A stretch of 60,001 nt of DNA, counting the filler, from Sphacelaria rigidula (Eukaryota), in the NCBI GenBank assembly GCA_964200075.2. It is 6 parts of 6 records of this genome, joined end to end, with 100 filler letters (N's around TTAATTAATTAA, not from the genome) between each part and the next. Parts side by side here need not be neighbours in the genome. Positions count along the whole stretch, not along the records: positions 20,039 to 29,955 come from CAXNAA020007489.1; positions 30,056 to 39,971 come from CAXNAA020007490.1; 4 more parts are not named here. One strand, given 5' to 3'. This document shows, piece after piece, positions 23,367 through 34,578 of the stretch. The position numbers and the translations under genes were made by a program. Every line of letters starts with the position of its first letter. Within the stretch, counting starts at the first letter, position 1. The notes beneath the pieces are model-generated. The model saw only the letters and a list, made by a program, of their open reading frames with translations. It was not told the origin of the DNA and did not search any database.

Positions 23367-25789
23367 GTGAGCAGGGGTTTTTCGAATTACCCTCACTACA
23401 GTACAGCACAGTAGTACAGACAAACAACAGTCAGTAATACTCATGTCCTCCTTATAGTATACGAGGTGTATGCTTTATTTAGGAACATAAACTTTTTCAA
23501 GTCTTGGATGGAGCGAGTCTTGGGCGGTACAGTCTGTCAAACCCCAATAGTCAACCCATTCTTGGGGGTCTTGTTTATAAAGCTTTGGATACACCAGACG
23601 GCTGGCACACGAGGCAGACTCTACCAATCTAATCACCGACACTGGTTCTGTCAAGTGAGATAGAACCGATCGCTATGGTCGGTTTGTTCACGAGATGACA
23701 AGATCAGACATGAACCGTAAAAATACTCAAAGTTGTCCTCCATGTACATGTACAATCATCACATGGAAATGCCGGTCATGTTTTATTTTTCCAGAAGTGT
23801 GCGTGTCTCTCTATGTATTTCATCTCCTGTTTCCTCCAAGTCGCATTTGAAAAAAAGGGATACCAAGAAATGATGCTGAAGAAAAGCGGCCCCGACCCCG
23901 ATCGAACGAACGATTCGGAGCTCTTATGCGGTTGAAAATCGTCCAAAGGGCCTGTCTTCTGTGTTACGTTGTTCTGCTGTGGTGTGTGGTACCCCCCTCC
24001 CCCCTCCCCCCTCCCCCCTCCTCTTCACCTATTATGCCGTTGCTCGATGACCAATCATGTACTATCTCCCGCAGTGGCTTGTGGGGCCGGGCACATGTAT
24101 ACTGTCTGTGTGGCGGCGTGCATTATGTTCTGTGCGATCGACGGCAAGTGACCTGGCCACATGTACAGTGCACGATTGGCGGGTTGGTTGTTTCTTACGG
24201 AAGGATGAACGATCGTTTGTCGATGTGACGATTATTTTTTGCTCTTGTTCGAAGCGGCTAATAAAATCAAACTCTTTCTGTTTGTTTGTTTGTACGCGAG
24301 ACTGGCGAAAATTCGCTGTGGGCAAGCAGCTCGTGAGAGAGAACATTTGTATTTTTTTTTTCTCTGCTTGCGGGCAGCTTGCTCACCCACACACCCACAA
24401 CCCGCAATGAAATGACGTCTATGTTGATTTTATTTTTGAGGTGAAAGACATGGGATGGCATACGCCACAGAGAACTCCTTGCCTCACCTGTTCGTGCGAG
24501 TAACCGGCCGTTGACCACCAACGTCTGAAAGTTTCGGACCCGCACCTTTGTTCCAACACCGATGTACGTGCATCACAAGTAGCAAGCACACCACTATCCC
24601 CTGAACAACCGTTGTCGGTTGGTGGAAGCTGTGCCGTAACACTTTTTCATCGCTATGGTACAAAACAGAAGCACAAGAGTAGGTAGCATTCCGGTCTCCT
24701 CTGCGCAAGTGTTCTTTCTATTCGACTGGCCTCATCATCGCAATCGGACGGTCTCTGGTACGACCGGAAGCCTTCCCGTTGCAGTGAAACTGGCTCCATG
24801 TCGAGCTGGTGCGCTACAACATCATCGCTGCCCCCCCCCCCCCCGCGCGCGCGTGCTTACAAACGCGGTTGCGCATAATGCAGTGTTGTGCACTCTTGTT
24901 CGCCATCCATTTACACGCGCATGTATCTAACCTGCACACCTGGACGACAAGACAAAACACCGAAGTCTACCTACCCGAGCATTGACTTTGTTTCCCTTGT
25001 ACGTCGATGACATGTGTCGGGGTGGGAGGGAAAACCGTGGACAAGCGAATCGGCGCATCGGCGCGCAGCGACCTTTGTCGCAGAACTTTTGTTCATGTTG
25101 TTCATGGTAGTATTGTGTGGCTATCTGGTGGGGCCGGGTGTGTTCTTTTGTGGTCACCTCTTGCCGTATATACGTATCGCAACTGCTAGCGACTGTTTCG
25201 TTGCCCAGCGTGCTCTGTAAAGTGGCTGATTTTGTCTCAGTCCACTGTTGTTACTCAAGTAGCGGCGGGAGGGATAATCTGGAGTGTCAACGAGATTGTC
25301 TCATCCATGACTCCTGCTTGATCCCATTTGCGAGACATTGGGTGATCTATGGTGCAAGGGGTACAGATGGACGGAGACCAAGTAACAAGTGCACTGTACT
25401 GTATTGATGACCATCGACTAGAACAGACTATGTCGCGCTAAATGGTGAATCGTTCAGCCAGTATTAATACACTGTACGCTGGTCCAGGGAAGTGTCTTCA
25501 GTACGGAAAGTCGGCATGGTACCGTGGGTGACAGATGTCGCGCACCGATTTCACATGTCCGTTCGTTCTGTCTGGTGGGCAACGAACACTTTCATCATGT
25601 CATGTAATTTTAATCTGCTGCGTGGAGATTTTTTTTGTGCCAGAAGCTTGCTCGGGTCGTGTACACTGTTCCGTCAAGGCGCACACCTCTTGAAACTGTC
25701 CAAACAACAGTGCTGAGTGTCTTCGAAAGTTGTCGAAGACATACCCCCCCAACTATCTCGAGCATCATGCGAGCATTGGTCTTTCGTAA

Positions 25790-25890
25790 CCCTTGGACCA
25801 CGACACGGGTAGTCCATCTAGATCATGTACACTTTTTTCAAATGAAATTGATGCCGATTCAGCAGGTGACCTGCCCTCGCGGTCCAGGGG
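25790..25890. mobile_element. Copy of the ~100-bp TTAA-type MITE
   Basis: CCCTTGGACC...GGTCCAGGGG, flanked by GTAA and TCAA. Confidence 0.7.
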
Positions 25891-27578
25891 TCAACCACAT
25901 GACTCCGAAGGAGCGATATTTTAATATTTTGAGTGCTGTTTACGGCCGCGCCCCCAGTGGTCTGTCCAACCAGTACAGCCATAGCCATTTAGGGGGGAAA
26001 GTTGTGGGTTCCAATGCCGACAGCGTCAGTTGTTGTGAGCACAATCTGGTATCCGTCCTTGAAAGGGTGAGCGCGCATGCCAAGTTCTGTAACAGAGGAA
26101 GCTCGACGAGATTTCATGTTGTGGGCTGCGGGAGTTTTGGTCCAACCCCCGACACTTGTAAGGAAATGTCGGACAGGTACGGGGGGGACATGGTTCATGG
26201 TTCATGGTTTGATCCCGTGAAACCAGAGACTCGGCCAAGGAGGTCGAAAGGGCGCCCGGGTGAGGGGGAGGGGAGGTAAGGGGTAGTCGCAAGTACGACG
26301 GTAAAAAAAAAAATGTCTGCTACTGTTGTCTGTAATGCGGATTGGAGGCACCGAGTTCATTGGTACGGGTCGTTATGAAATAATTAAACTGTAGTCAGCA
26401 TTTTTTTCGTTGTTTTCAATTATATTCTTGAACGGATTTTAGTCGGGATTTTCCATGGACACACATGCGCTAATCAACCTCTATCTGCCGCAGAAAGCTC
26501 AACAAGATTGCGCTGTTCGGTTGTTTGTTGTCCGGGTCTGGTCTGGGCTTCGTTTCACGTCGTTAGCTCAGTGGGATTCCTTTCCGATATTATGGAGGCA
26601 TTTGTAAAGGAGAATATGTACCTCCAGGAGATTCTGTCATATTCCGTAGTTTCAATTGTCTCAGACTAAGACTGGAGATCATCACGGGAAGAGGGGTGGG
26701 CACTTCCAGCATCCAGAGCTCGCTTCATGGGCGGTGTGTGGGGATGGAAAAAGCGGCATCACGCACGAGACCCGTCACAGCACACACTGCAAGTAATTGC
26801 CACTGAAAAGAGGTCGCGTCCTGGTAGTACACGGCGAAGTTGTGCAGGATTCTCTAGATGCCGGTGCGCACGGATCTTTGTATATGATACTGCATGCTGT
26901 TTGTGTACCCCTCGCTCCACCACATCTTATACAACGGTCGGTGTTGCAGCTAAGCGTGCATTTGTCCTAGGTGGCGCACGGAAGAGTAAAAGGCTGCCTC
27001 TGCCGCTATAATGCCGGCCTGTATCTTGGGCGAAGCTGTATGGTAACACAGCCGCCATGGCGCGCAAGCCGGCTGTAACAATTCACACCGTAAAAATTTC
27101 TTCAGTCTCGGAAGTGTTCTGCGGGCAGGTCCCACTATGAGTATTGCGCACGTCGCAGTAGGCAATAGATGAATCTATTCCGTACTGTGCGCAGTACATT
27201 ATTTTCATTGAATTGCATATTGGCTGTAGGAAGCTCTTGTGCAGGGTGTAGTACATTTCCACATACGTTCGGCGGTGAGATCGTGAAATAATCCACAGCA
27301 CATGGCCGAAGTGGAAGTGATGCGATCACCGAAATATTCACGTGCAAAGCCTGTGCGGCCGTACTTTAAGTTGATAACGCTAGGAGAACACCCGTGCATT
27401 GACCACTCCGGCTGTCAGCCTGTATGCACGGCCGTCCCGCTAGTGTCGGGAGTGTCTGCACCGGGATGTCGACCCCCATGCCAGGTACGCCGGCAAGGGT
27501 CCGTTGCACGCGCGACAGGAGCTTAACCTTCGACTGTCGAGCTTTTTGGCCCTGGAACGTTTAGCTCCCAACCCTCAC

Positions 27579-27602
27579 ATATATATATATATATATATAT
27601 AT
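27579..27602. repeat. (AT)n microsatellite
   Basis: Uninterrupted AT run. Confidence 0.95.
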
Positions 27603-27738
27603 CCATAAACGATGCTTCTTTGCTGGATTTCTTCGAGTGTTCATCCATAGCTGAGCAAAGGTTGATGATAAGGCCGGCAGGATCCGTCGCGGCCTGCGTG
27701 CCCGACTGACACTGTCCCCACTATAATCGTCATCAGAC

Positions 27739-28090
27739 ACCCCCGTGGCTCAGTTGGTAACCTCGAAACCTCCTGACGGTTGGGTCGTGGGTTCAGTTCT
27801 CGGAGCGATCTGGGATGTTTTCTCACACCATCCCCAACAGTGGAGAGCGACTATGTTGTGAGTACACAAAACTCGACTTAACGGTCGACAAGGGAAAAGG
27901 ACTGCTGAACTCCTCTCGCGATAAAACTCCCGCAATAAAAAATAAAAGGCAAGCACCGCAGAAGGAAGGTGGGGTTTTGAAAACAAATGAAGAAGAAAAA
28001 GCTCCTGTGTAACCCCAGCTGGTGCACCCACATATACCGAAATGTGTAGACCGGTGTCCAGAATACATGGGACGACAACATACACACACA
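27739..28090 (+). mobile_element. tRNA-derived SINE family 1, apparently full length
   Basis: A-box TGGCTCAGTTGG (27746-27757), degenerate B-box GGTTCAGTTCT (~27790), body shared with 15170-15397, (CA)n tail. Confidence 0.75.
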
Positions 28091-30689
28091 GCAGGGTGTT
28101 GAAAAAATAAAATTCCTGGCGTTGGTGAGTGTTGAGATGGTATTTGATACTGCGTATCGTTCATATATCGACATACAAGCTGGGCTAGCTTGAAAGCTGC
28201 TAAAACTTGCTCACACCACAGCTTCCCCAGTTTCCCGAATGAACCCAATGTAAAGTTTATCACTGTGAGGTGTAGACCAACCTGGTTACACGCGGCACCG
28301 CCGCTGAGCGAAGAAAACAACATGAAAAAAATGTACTGCATAATGTTATTACCTTGACGACGGACGAAAAAAATATATTAATATGTCGGGATTCCCATCA
28401 CTTGATTTATAGGGGTGCAGCAGCGTCACGGAAAATGTTGAACGCACGGCCCAATTCGACGAGTCTTGAGCTGAAATTTCAGGAAGACCTTCTGCACCCA
28501 AGGAAATGATACATCCCGGTACCAGCTGCAGATTCTCATCTTTCCCCTGAACTTGGAACATTACCTTGTTTTTGCTCAAATTTCAAATTTCGAATGCCTA
28601 TAACTTCTTTATTTTCTCTTTTTTTCTTTGCTGCTCACGTGATTTCTGCATTTCAATCATAAAAAGCTGCTGTCAAAATTTGAGCGGCCAACTCCTAATA
28701 TCGCGCTGTGCGTCGCCTGAGCGAGACTCACACCTACTCTTGGCTGACCCAGCTCGTATGACGATCTCAGGTATCATGCACAGGCTGATTTTGGAGCGTG
28801 ATACACACCCCTATCAGAGAGCTGGTTGATACTCCGTCTTCGCCTGAGCCTGCTTTTTGAAATGACCGGGCTCGATTTCTTTACCGTGGACCACACTCGA
28901 ACAGGGAGGACAATACGCTCCGGAAGTAGTAAAGAGGCGTTTTTTTACGGGGGTGGGGGGGGTTGTGCCGCCTGTAGTGAGCAAGCCCAAGAAGTGATTT
29001 CCAGACGAGAATCATTGTTTGATCTGATGTGTGGGAAGTCGTACATCAAAGTTGTTCTCCTGTAGTGCATGTGATGGGTTTCGAAGATTTTCTAAGCAGG
29101 CATTTACTCCCGGATTGGGGACGGAGGAACCTCGAAGGGGAGGAGTAAATATGTTATCCTGCACCATGCTCCTATTTACATTCGCTGTGCTAGTGGTATG
29201 GCGATGGAATGAGGTCTTCTGCAGCAGCGGCAGGAGACCTCACTATCTTGGCAGGACTCGTGCGCCCGAGCCGGCTTCTACGCCTGCTTGCGCACGTGAG
29301 ACTTGACCCTATTGCGCTCTACTCTTCAGATTCGATAGCTCGGGCGGGCGGGCCCGAGTCATTCGCCGCTTTGCTTTACAATCAGGCCTGATTTGTGTGG
29401 TCTGTGTGGTTTACGGTACCAACAACGAGCTTAGAAGTGCTGCTCAGGGATCGGGCGCTACTCTTTGAACGTTTTTTTCTGCGTTCTTTACTATTTCCAG
29501 ACAGGCGCCATTTTGGCAAGGAAAGCCGAGATCAAGTGCTACCACGTACAGGATGGTTTTCGCTTTCACATTGCCCAAACACCTCCCCACCGTATATCAG
29601 CTATCTTTCGAAAAGTGTAACGAATGGACTGGAAGAAGTCCGTGTTGTGTCCGTCAACTACAAGCTGGGTCGCCGAAGATGCCGACAGGAATATTCAACC
29701 GCCATCTCGTTACTCAAATTTGAGTCGTTTTCTATGAAATTTTGAAACTAAATACATGACGTATGTTTGGAGACCTTCACTTTCTCTTTTTTTTTTCTTC
29801 TTCTTGTTATTCGTGATTTAGTTGTGGTAAAACAGTTCGGGATCCCCGTGATCGATAACGTCCGAAAAAAAAAAAAAAAAAGAAAGATTTGGTGTTCATA
29901 CCTAAAACGAATAAAATTCACAAAAAAAGGCGCGGAAGAAAAAAGGAAACGGGGGNNNNNNNNNNNNNNNNNNNNNNNNNNNNNNNNNNNNNNNNNNNNT
30001 TAATTAATTAANNNNNNNNNNNNNNNNNNNNNNNNNNNNNNNNNNNNNNNNNNNNCCCCAGCACATTTGAATCGTAATCCTGGCGTGCTCTCGCATATTT
30101 TCATAAGTCGTGTTTTGGATGAGCTAAGGGGCTCCTAACAACTCTAACCTCAGGAATTATTTGTGTACCCCTACCGTAGCATCACTCGGAGGGGTTCAAA
30201 ATGTGAGGAAACCAAAAACGTGCTCGCGGGAAGAACGTCCCGGGACTACGCGGTGATCGGGTTTCACTCGCAACAACGGTTGGATATGGTTCTAATATCG
30301 CGTAACGTGTGTTAGGACCGCGTACTTCATGGACCGCATCGAATTTCCAACCGCTCGAGACCGACGTGTCGGGAGGACCGCACTGACCTCAACAATGCAC
30401 GGACCGCACCCCGACGCGAAACCGGGCGCGCGTTTTTATCGAGCCAGGGGCAGCAAAGCCAGGCGAGGCGACAGGAACGGCATGACGACGACGCATTGTG
30501 CCGTGAAACGGAGGAAAGCGAAGATTTCAAAACTATCAAACTCAGGTACCCGTAACTTACATGGAAGTCATTCCCACATGCGTATTGTTGTTGATAAAAA
30601 ACGTTGGCATTTGTGTATCTAGGGAGATGCCGGCGCCAAACATGTCATCATGACTGCATCGAAGAACTGGTGCTTTGGCACTCGAAGGT

Positions 30690-31109
30690 TGTAATACGTG
30701 AGAGGATCGCGTGCTTCGAGGACCGCATCGGAATCTGAACACCTCTCTGGATAGAGCTAGGATTAGGATTAGTGTTGGGATTACGGTCGGGGGCGTGGTC
30801 CCTAAAGGGACTGGCACGATTGGGTTTGCAAAACGTCGATCCTGAGGTGTTTCGAATTACGATGCGGTGCCCTTGTAATGCGTGAGAGGACCGCGTGCTC
30901 AGAGGACCGCATCGAAATTCGAACATCACTATGGTTAGGGTTAGGGTTAGTGTTAGGGTTATGGTCAGGGGCGTGGTACCTCCAGGGACTGACCCGATTG
31001 GTTTTGGAAAACGTCGATCCTGAGGTATTTTGAGCTACGGCGCAGTCCTATAAGCACGCGGTCCTCTCACGCATTACACCCTAAGCACCTGGTCCTCTCA
31101 CGCATTACG
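30690..31109. mobile_element. MITE with TGTAA..TTAC(A) ends and TSD AGGT, interrupted by a younger copy of itself
   Basis: AGGT at 30686-30689 and 31110-31113; body homologous to the inner copy. Confidence 0.8.
30874..31078. mobile_element. 205-bp MITE with perfect 26-bp TIRs, TSD CCCT and internal TTAGGG repeats
   Basis: TGTAATGCGTGAGAGGACCGCGTGCT (30874-30899) and its exact reverse complement (31053-31078); CCCT on both flanks. Confidence 0.9.
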
Positions 31110-32271
31110 AGGTACCAGATTCCGAGGCGATTCATCTATTCGGTTAACTGACAAGTGGCAGATGGCCGAAACGACCCTTCTGCTCCGTACTAACCGGTAC
31201 CAGATTCCTAGACGGGCTATTTGCTCGGTACTGACAGGTACCAGATGCCGAAACGACTCTCCTTCTCCTTACCTACGAGTACCATATACCGAGACAAACC
31301 CTCTGCTCGTTACTTTCAGGTACTAAAATATTGAAAGCATGCGATTTATTTGTCATCCTGGGCAGTTTCAGAGTAAACACAAAAGTGAAGGCCGCGAAGC
31401 TTTTCTCCTTCGCGGAAATGATATTGCAGTGACTCGGGCTTTACTTGTTCGTTTCACCTTGAAGCCGCCTCCCATGACAAAGTGGGCCGTTCATGACAAA
31501 GTGGGCCGCATGCAAACCACACTTCAGTACCTGCAAATACCGAGAAGCTGGATCACCTCAGTACCTGGTATCTATACGTACAGAGAAGAAGGGTCGTTCC
31601 GGCATCTGGCACCTGTCCGTACCGAGCAGACGGATTGTCTCGGCATCTAGTAGCCTCAATTGCCGACACATTTCAGACACGTTTTCAGTTCGTCGATACG
31701 GTCACGATGTGAAAAGCGCCGACACCTCCCTTAAAAACACTGGTGCCAACTCTTCCCACCACAACCCACACGCGAGAGTGACTCCCATGCGAGTTACGGG
31801 TGCCTCCTCCTTTTCGAGGCACAATACATTGTCGTCGTGTCGATCCAGTCACCTCGCCTGGCTTCGCTACCCCTGGCTCGTTAAACACCCGCCCCCGGTT
31901 TGGTCGGGGCGCGGTCCGTGCATTCATGAGGTACGTGAGGTCCTTCCGACAGGTCGGTGCTGGGGTGTTATTGTTCTGAGGCAGTCCAAAACGCGCACGG
32001 TCCTCCCATGCATTACAATCCTTCGGGAGAAAACCCATATGCAACTACACCGGTTGGCGAGAACATCGCCAGGCATTTATACTATTTTGTTAGACACCGC
32101 ACACTGTAAGTCGTGCTAACGCGACCCCCCAGAAGCCCTATCGCTTCAGTGTGTGCATGCTAACAATCTGTGAGTGAAGGGTAACTCAGGATCTGACGTC
32201 GATCCACGAAAAGCGCTTTTTTCCTGCAACGGGATGCCTTACTACATGGACAAATGGGTACAGTAAGTCAC

Positions 32272-33015
32272 CTTCCAGGCAGCCACCTCTTTTCGGAGGG
32301 TTTCTTGGTCCTGGTGCATCTCTGCCTCCTCCTGCTTGAGGGCTTGAGAGTCGGCTTCGACCCCCCTAAGCTGGGCCTCCAACTCGGCCGCTCTACGAAG
32401 CACAGTTGTATACGCATGATAGTATTGTTGTAGTACAGACAACGAGGCAAAAGCCCGCAAACACCGGTTTCGTTGACCTCACGACCATTGCGCACACACG
32501 GATACGGGCAGTAGGATCACATATTTAATGCGACCCGAATATTCAACAGGTATCGGGAGTACTTGATCCCATTCGTTCGATTCTTGGCTCTGGGATATTT
32601 CCGAAGTATTCGGAGCTGGCGAGGTACAGTACCTGATGGCCCTTGAACGCTTGCGAGCGCCACGACGTACACACAAGGCAACTCCTCGAGGTGCTGCGTG
32701 GCTGTCCGAATGTTTCGGGCTTCTCCAATACATACCTTCCGCGGAAACTCGGAACGTTTGAAAGTAGAGGACGAAAAGTCCGAAATTGTTTGAATAATCT
32801 AAAGAAACAATGCTGAGAATGTAGGACATTACCAGTTGGCACATGGTGCTACTGATTGTAAATGCGTCGGTGTCGCGCTACCACATGAGCGCACTTGCCT
32901 GAGCGTGGCTTCCTGCGTCTTGGCTGCGGCAGACTTCAGCTCGTCCAGCTCATCGCCGGAGGGGAATTCGGGAAATACTGCTCCTCCTTTCTCGATAATC
33001 GTCTTCATCACCGCC
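32272..33015 (-). CDS. Two exons (32899-33015, 32272-32392) of a coiled-coil hypothetical protein
   Basis: AVMKTIIEKGGAVFPEFPSGDELDELKSAAAKTQEATL-R-AAELEAQLRGVEADSQALKQEEAEMHQDQETLRKEVAAWK; phase-consistent splice AG|GCAAGT...TAG|A; downstream donor AAG|GTGAC. Confidence 0.7.
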
Positions 33016-34578
33016 CTATATGGTCGGCGAGTGTGTCGGAGTGTAGATGTTGAGAAAAACTGTAGCACACACACTGACATGGTGCCCGGTTCCTCGAATA
33101 GCACAGCATTTCAAGCTGTAAAGAGAGTCGGGCCAACGGGAACACGCATATAATATGCACAGAATTGAAAAATACGTTGTCCGGACCATTCTTCAGTACA
33201 CCTACTGTGCCAAGGACGGTTCATGAGCTGCCACCGTATTGCCATGCTCATGAGAACGTGCACCAGTAGGCGGGGTGGTAACTATTGATAGTCATTGCAG
33301 CAACACGGTGCTCGTTTCAGGCCACAGCATACGCTCTCGATGGGATACATGGGCTTCGTATACTCTGTTAACGTGCACGCTCGCGCAGCGTGTACCGGAG
33401 TGTGTCCACGTGTCCCAACTGCAGTGCATCCTCACGGCTACTCGCGCGTTTTGCTATCTCCAACGAAGAGTTGACCGGAAACAAATTTCAGTTATTGCGC
33501 CTTTTACTACTGCTACAAGTATATCCACCTGCACAAGGAATATATCTTGAATTTTGCCAAACAACCCAAATGTTCATACCGGATCGAATAGGCTTGAATA
33601 TTTGGGACTGGAGAAGTCGAACAGATTCCAGAGGGAAACCTACATGTTCATCGCTAGGCTTGGCAAGCAGGAGAACTTGCGGTGGGTGTAATGCGTCGGA
33701 GAAACCACATATCGTACGAAATTCAGCTTGGTATACACTTATCCATCTAAGACGCTCTCCAAGAATTTCACATAATCTGGATGTTGAGGAATATGGTAGT
33801 CGTGGAGACCGTTGTACTCCTCGTGGCAGGTGACTGCAGAGGTTGGCGTAGGCAGCTTTATCCTGACCTTGTCTCAGGACGGAACACCGCAGGTGTCTGA
33901 ACGCGAACCTATATCTATTATTACTTGTCCATGTAGCAGATCCCAAACAAACAGACAAAGCGTCCCACACCGGAAGAACCTCGAGAAGAGAAGTGAAGAG
34001 AAATGATGAAGAGTGACACCATGTGAGATGATCACAACGCAGATCGCTACGCTACTCTGCTGCCTTCTCGAACAATCAATCGGCATTCCCATATCTAGGA
34101 ATCTTTCTCGAGACCTCTCACCGTCGCATGCTCCGCCGAATCTGAAAAACGTATCCAACCGCCAAATATATTCATCTGGCGAGTTCTTGACTGACCTGCT
34201 ACTACTAGTCAAATATATCTTTCCAGAACAATCTTCACACCACAACATTCTCGAAGGTTGCATTACAACTCCAATAGTTTCCTATTGCCCCGCACAATGT
34301 CCCGCCTGTTACTCAGAGAACAAACCTTCGTATTTTGGCTTGACGCTACTGAACATCGACTCACACATGTTATGGAACATGAAAGTCTTGACACCCTCCC
34401 TCAATCGAAGTAGCACTCAGGAGAAATAGAGATATCCGGACGGATGAATAATCTAGGCCTACTTATGTAAACGCATGCTTCCATTCCTGCACATTCCCTT
34501 CAACGTACACTTGGATTCTCAACTCAACACTTTCGACGTTCCCATTTCTTCAAAACACAGTCGTGATCCAACCACACG

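Larger units (their letters stand above)
30301..32017. mobile_element. Foldback non-autonomous element with long imperfect inverted arms (about 30301-30640 vs 31715-32017) containing nested MITEs
   Basis: Arms are reverse complements; ends CGTAAC..GGACCGCGT and CACGGTCCTCCCATGCATTACA; flanks ATCG/ATCC; a further inverted pair at about 31110-31330 vs 31520-31660. Confidence 0.6.

Noticed and set aside
27739-27810. SINE heads (also 57310-57380) as functional tRNA genes
   Set aside because: No complete cloverleaf, and each is fused to a dispersed repeat body
30933-30960. TTAGGG tract as a chromosome end
   Set aside because: Only about four units, and internal to a MITE
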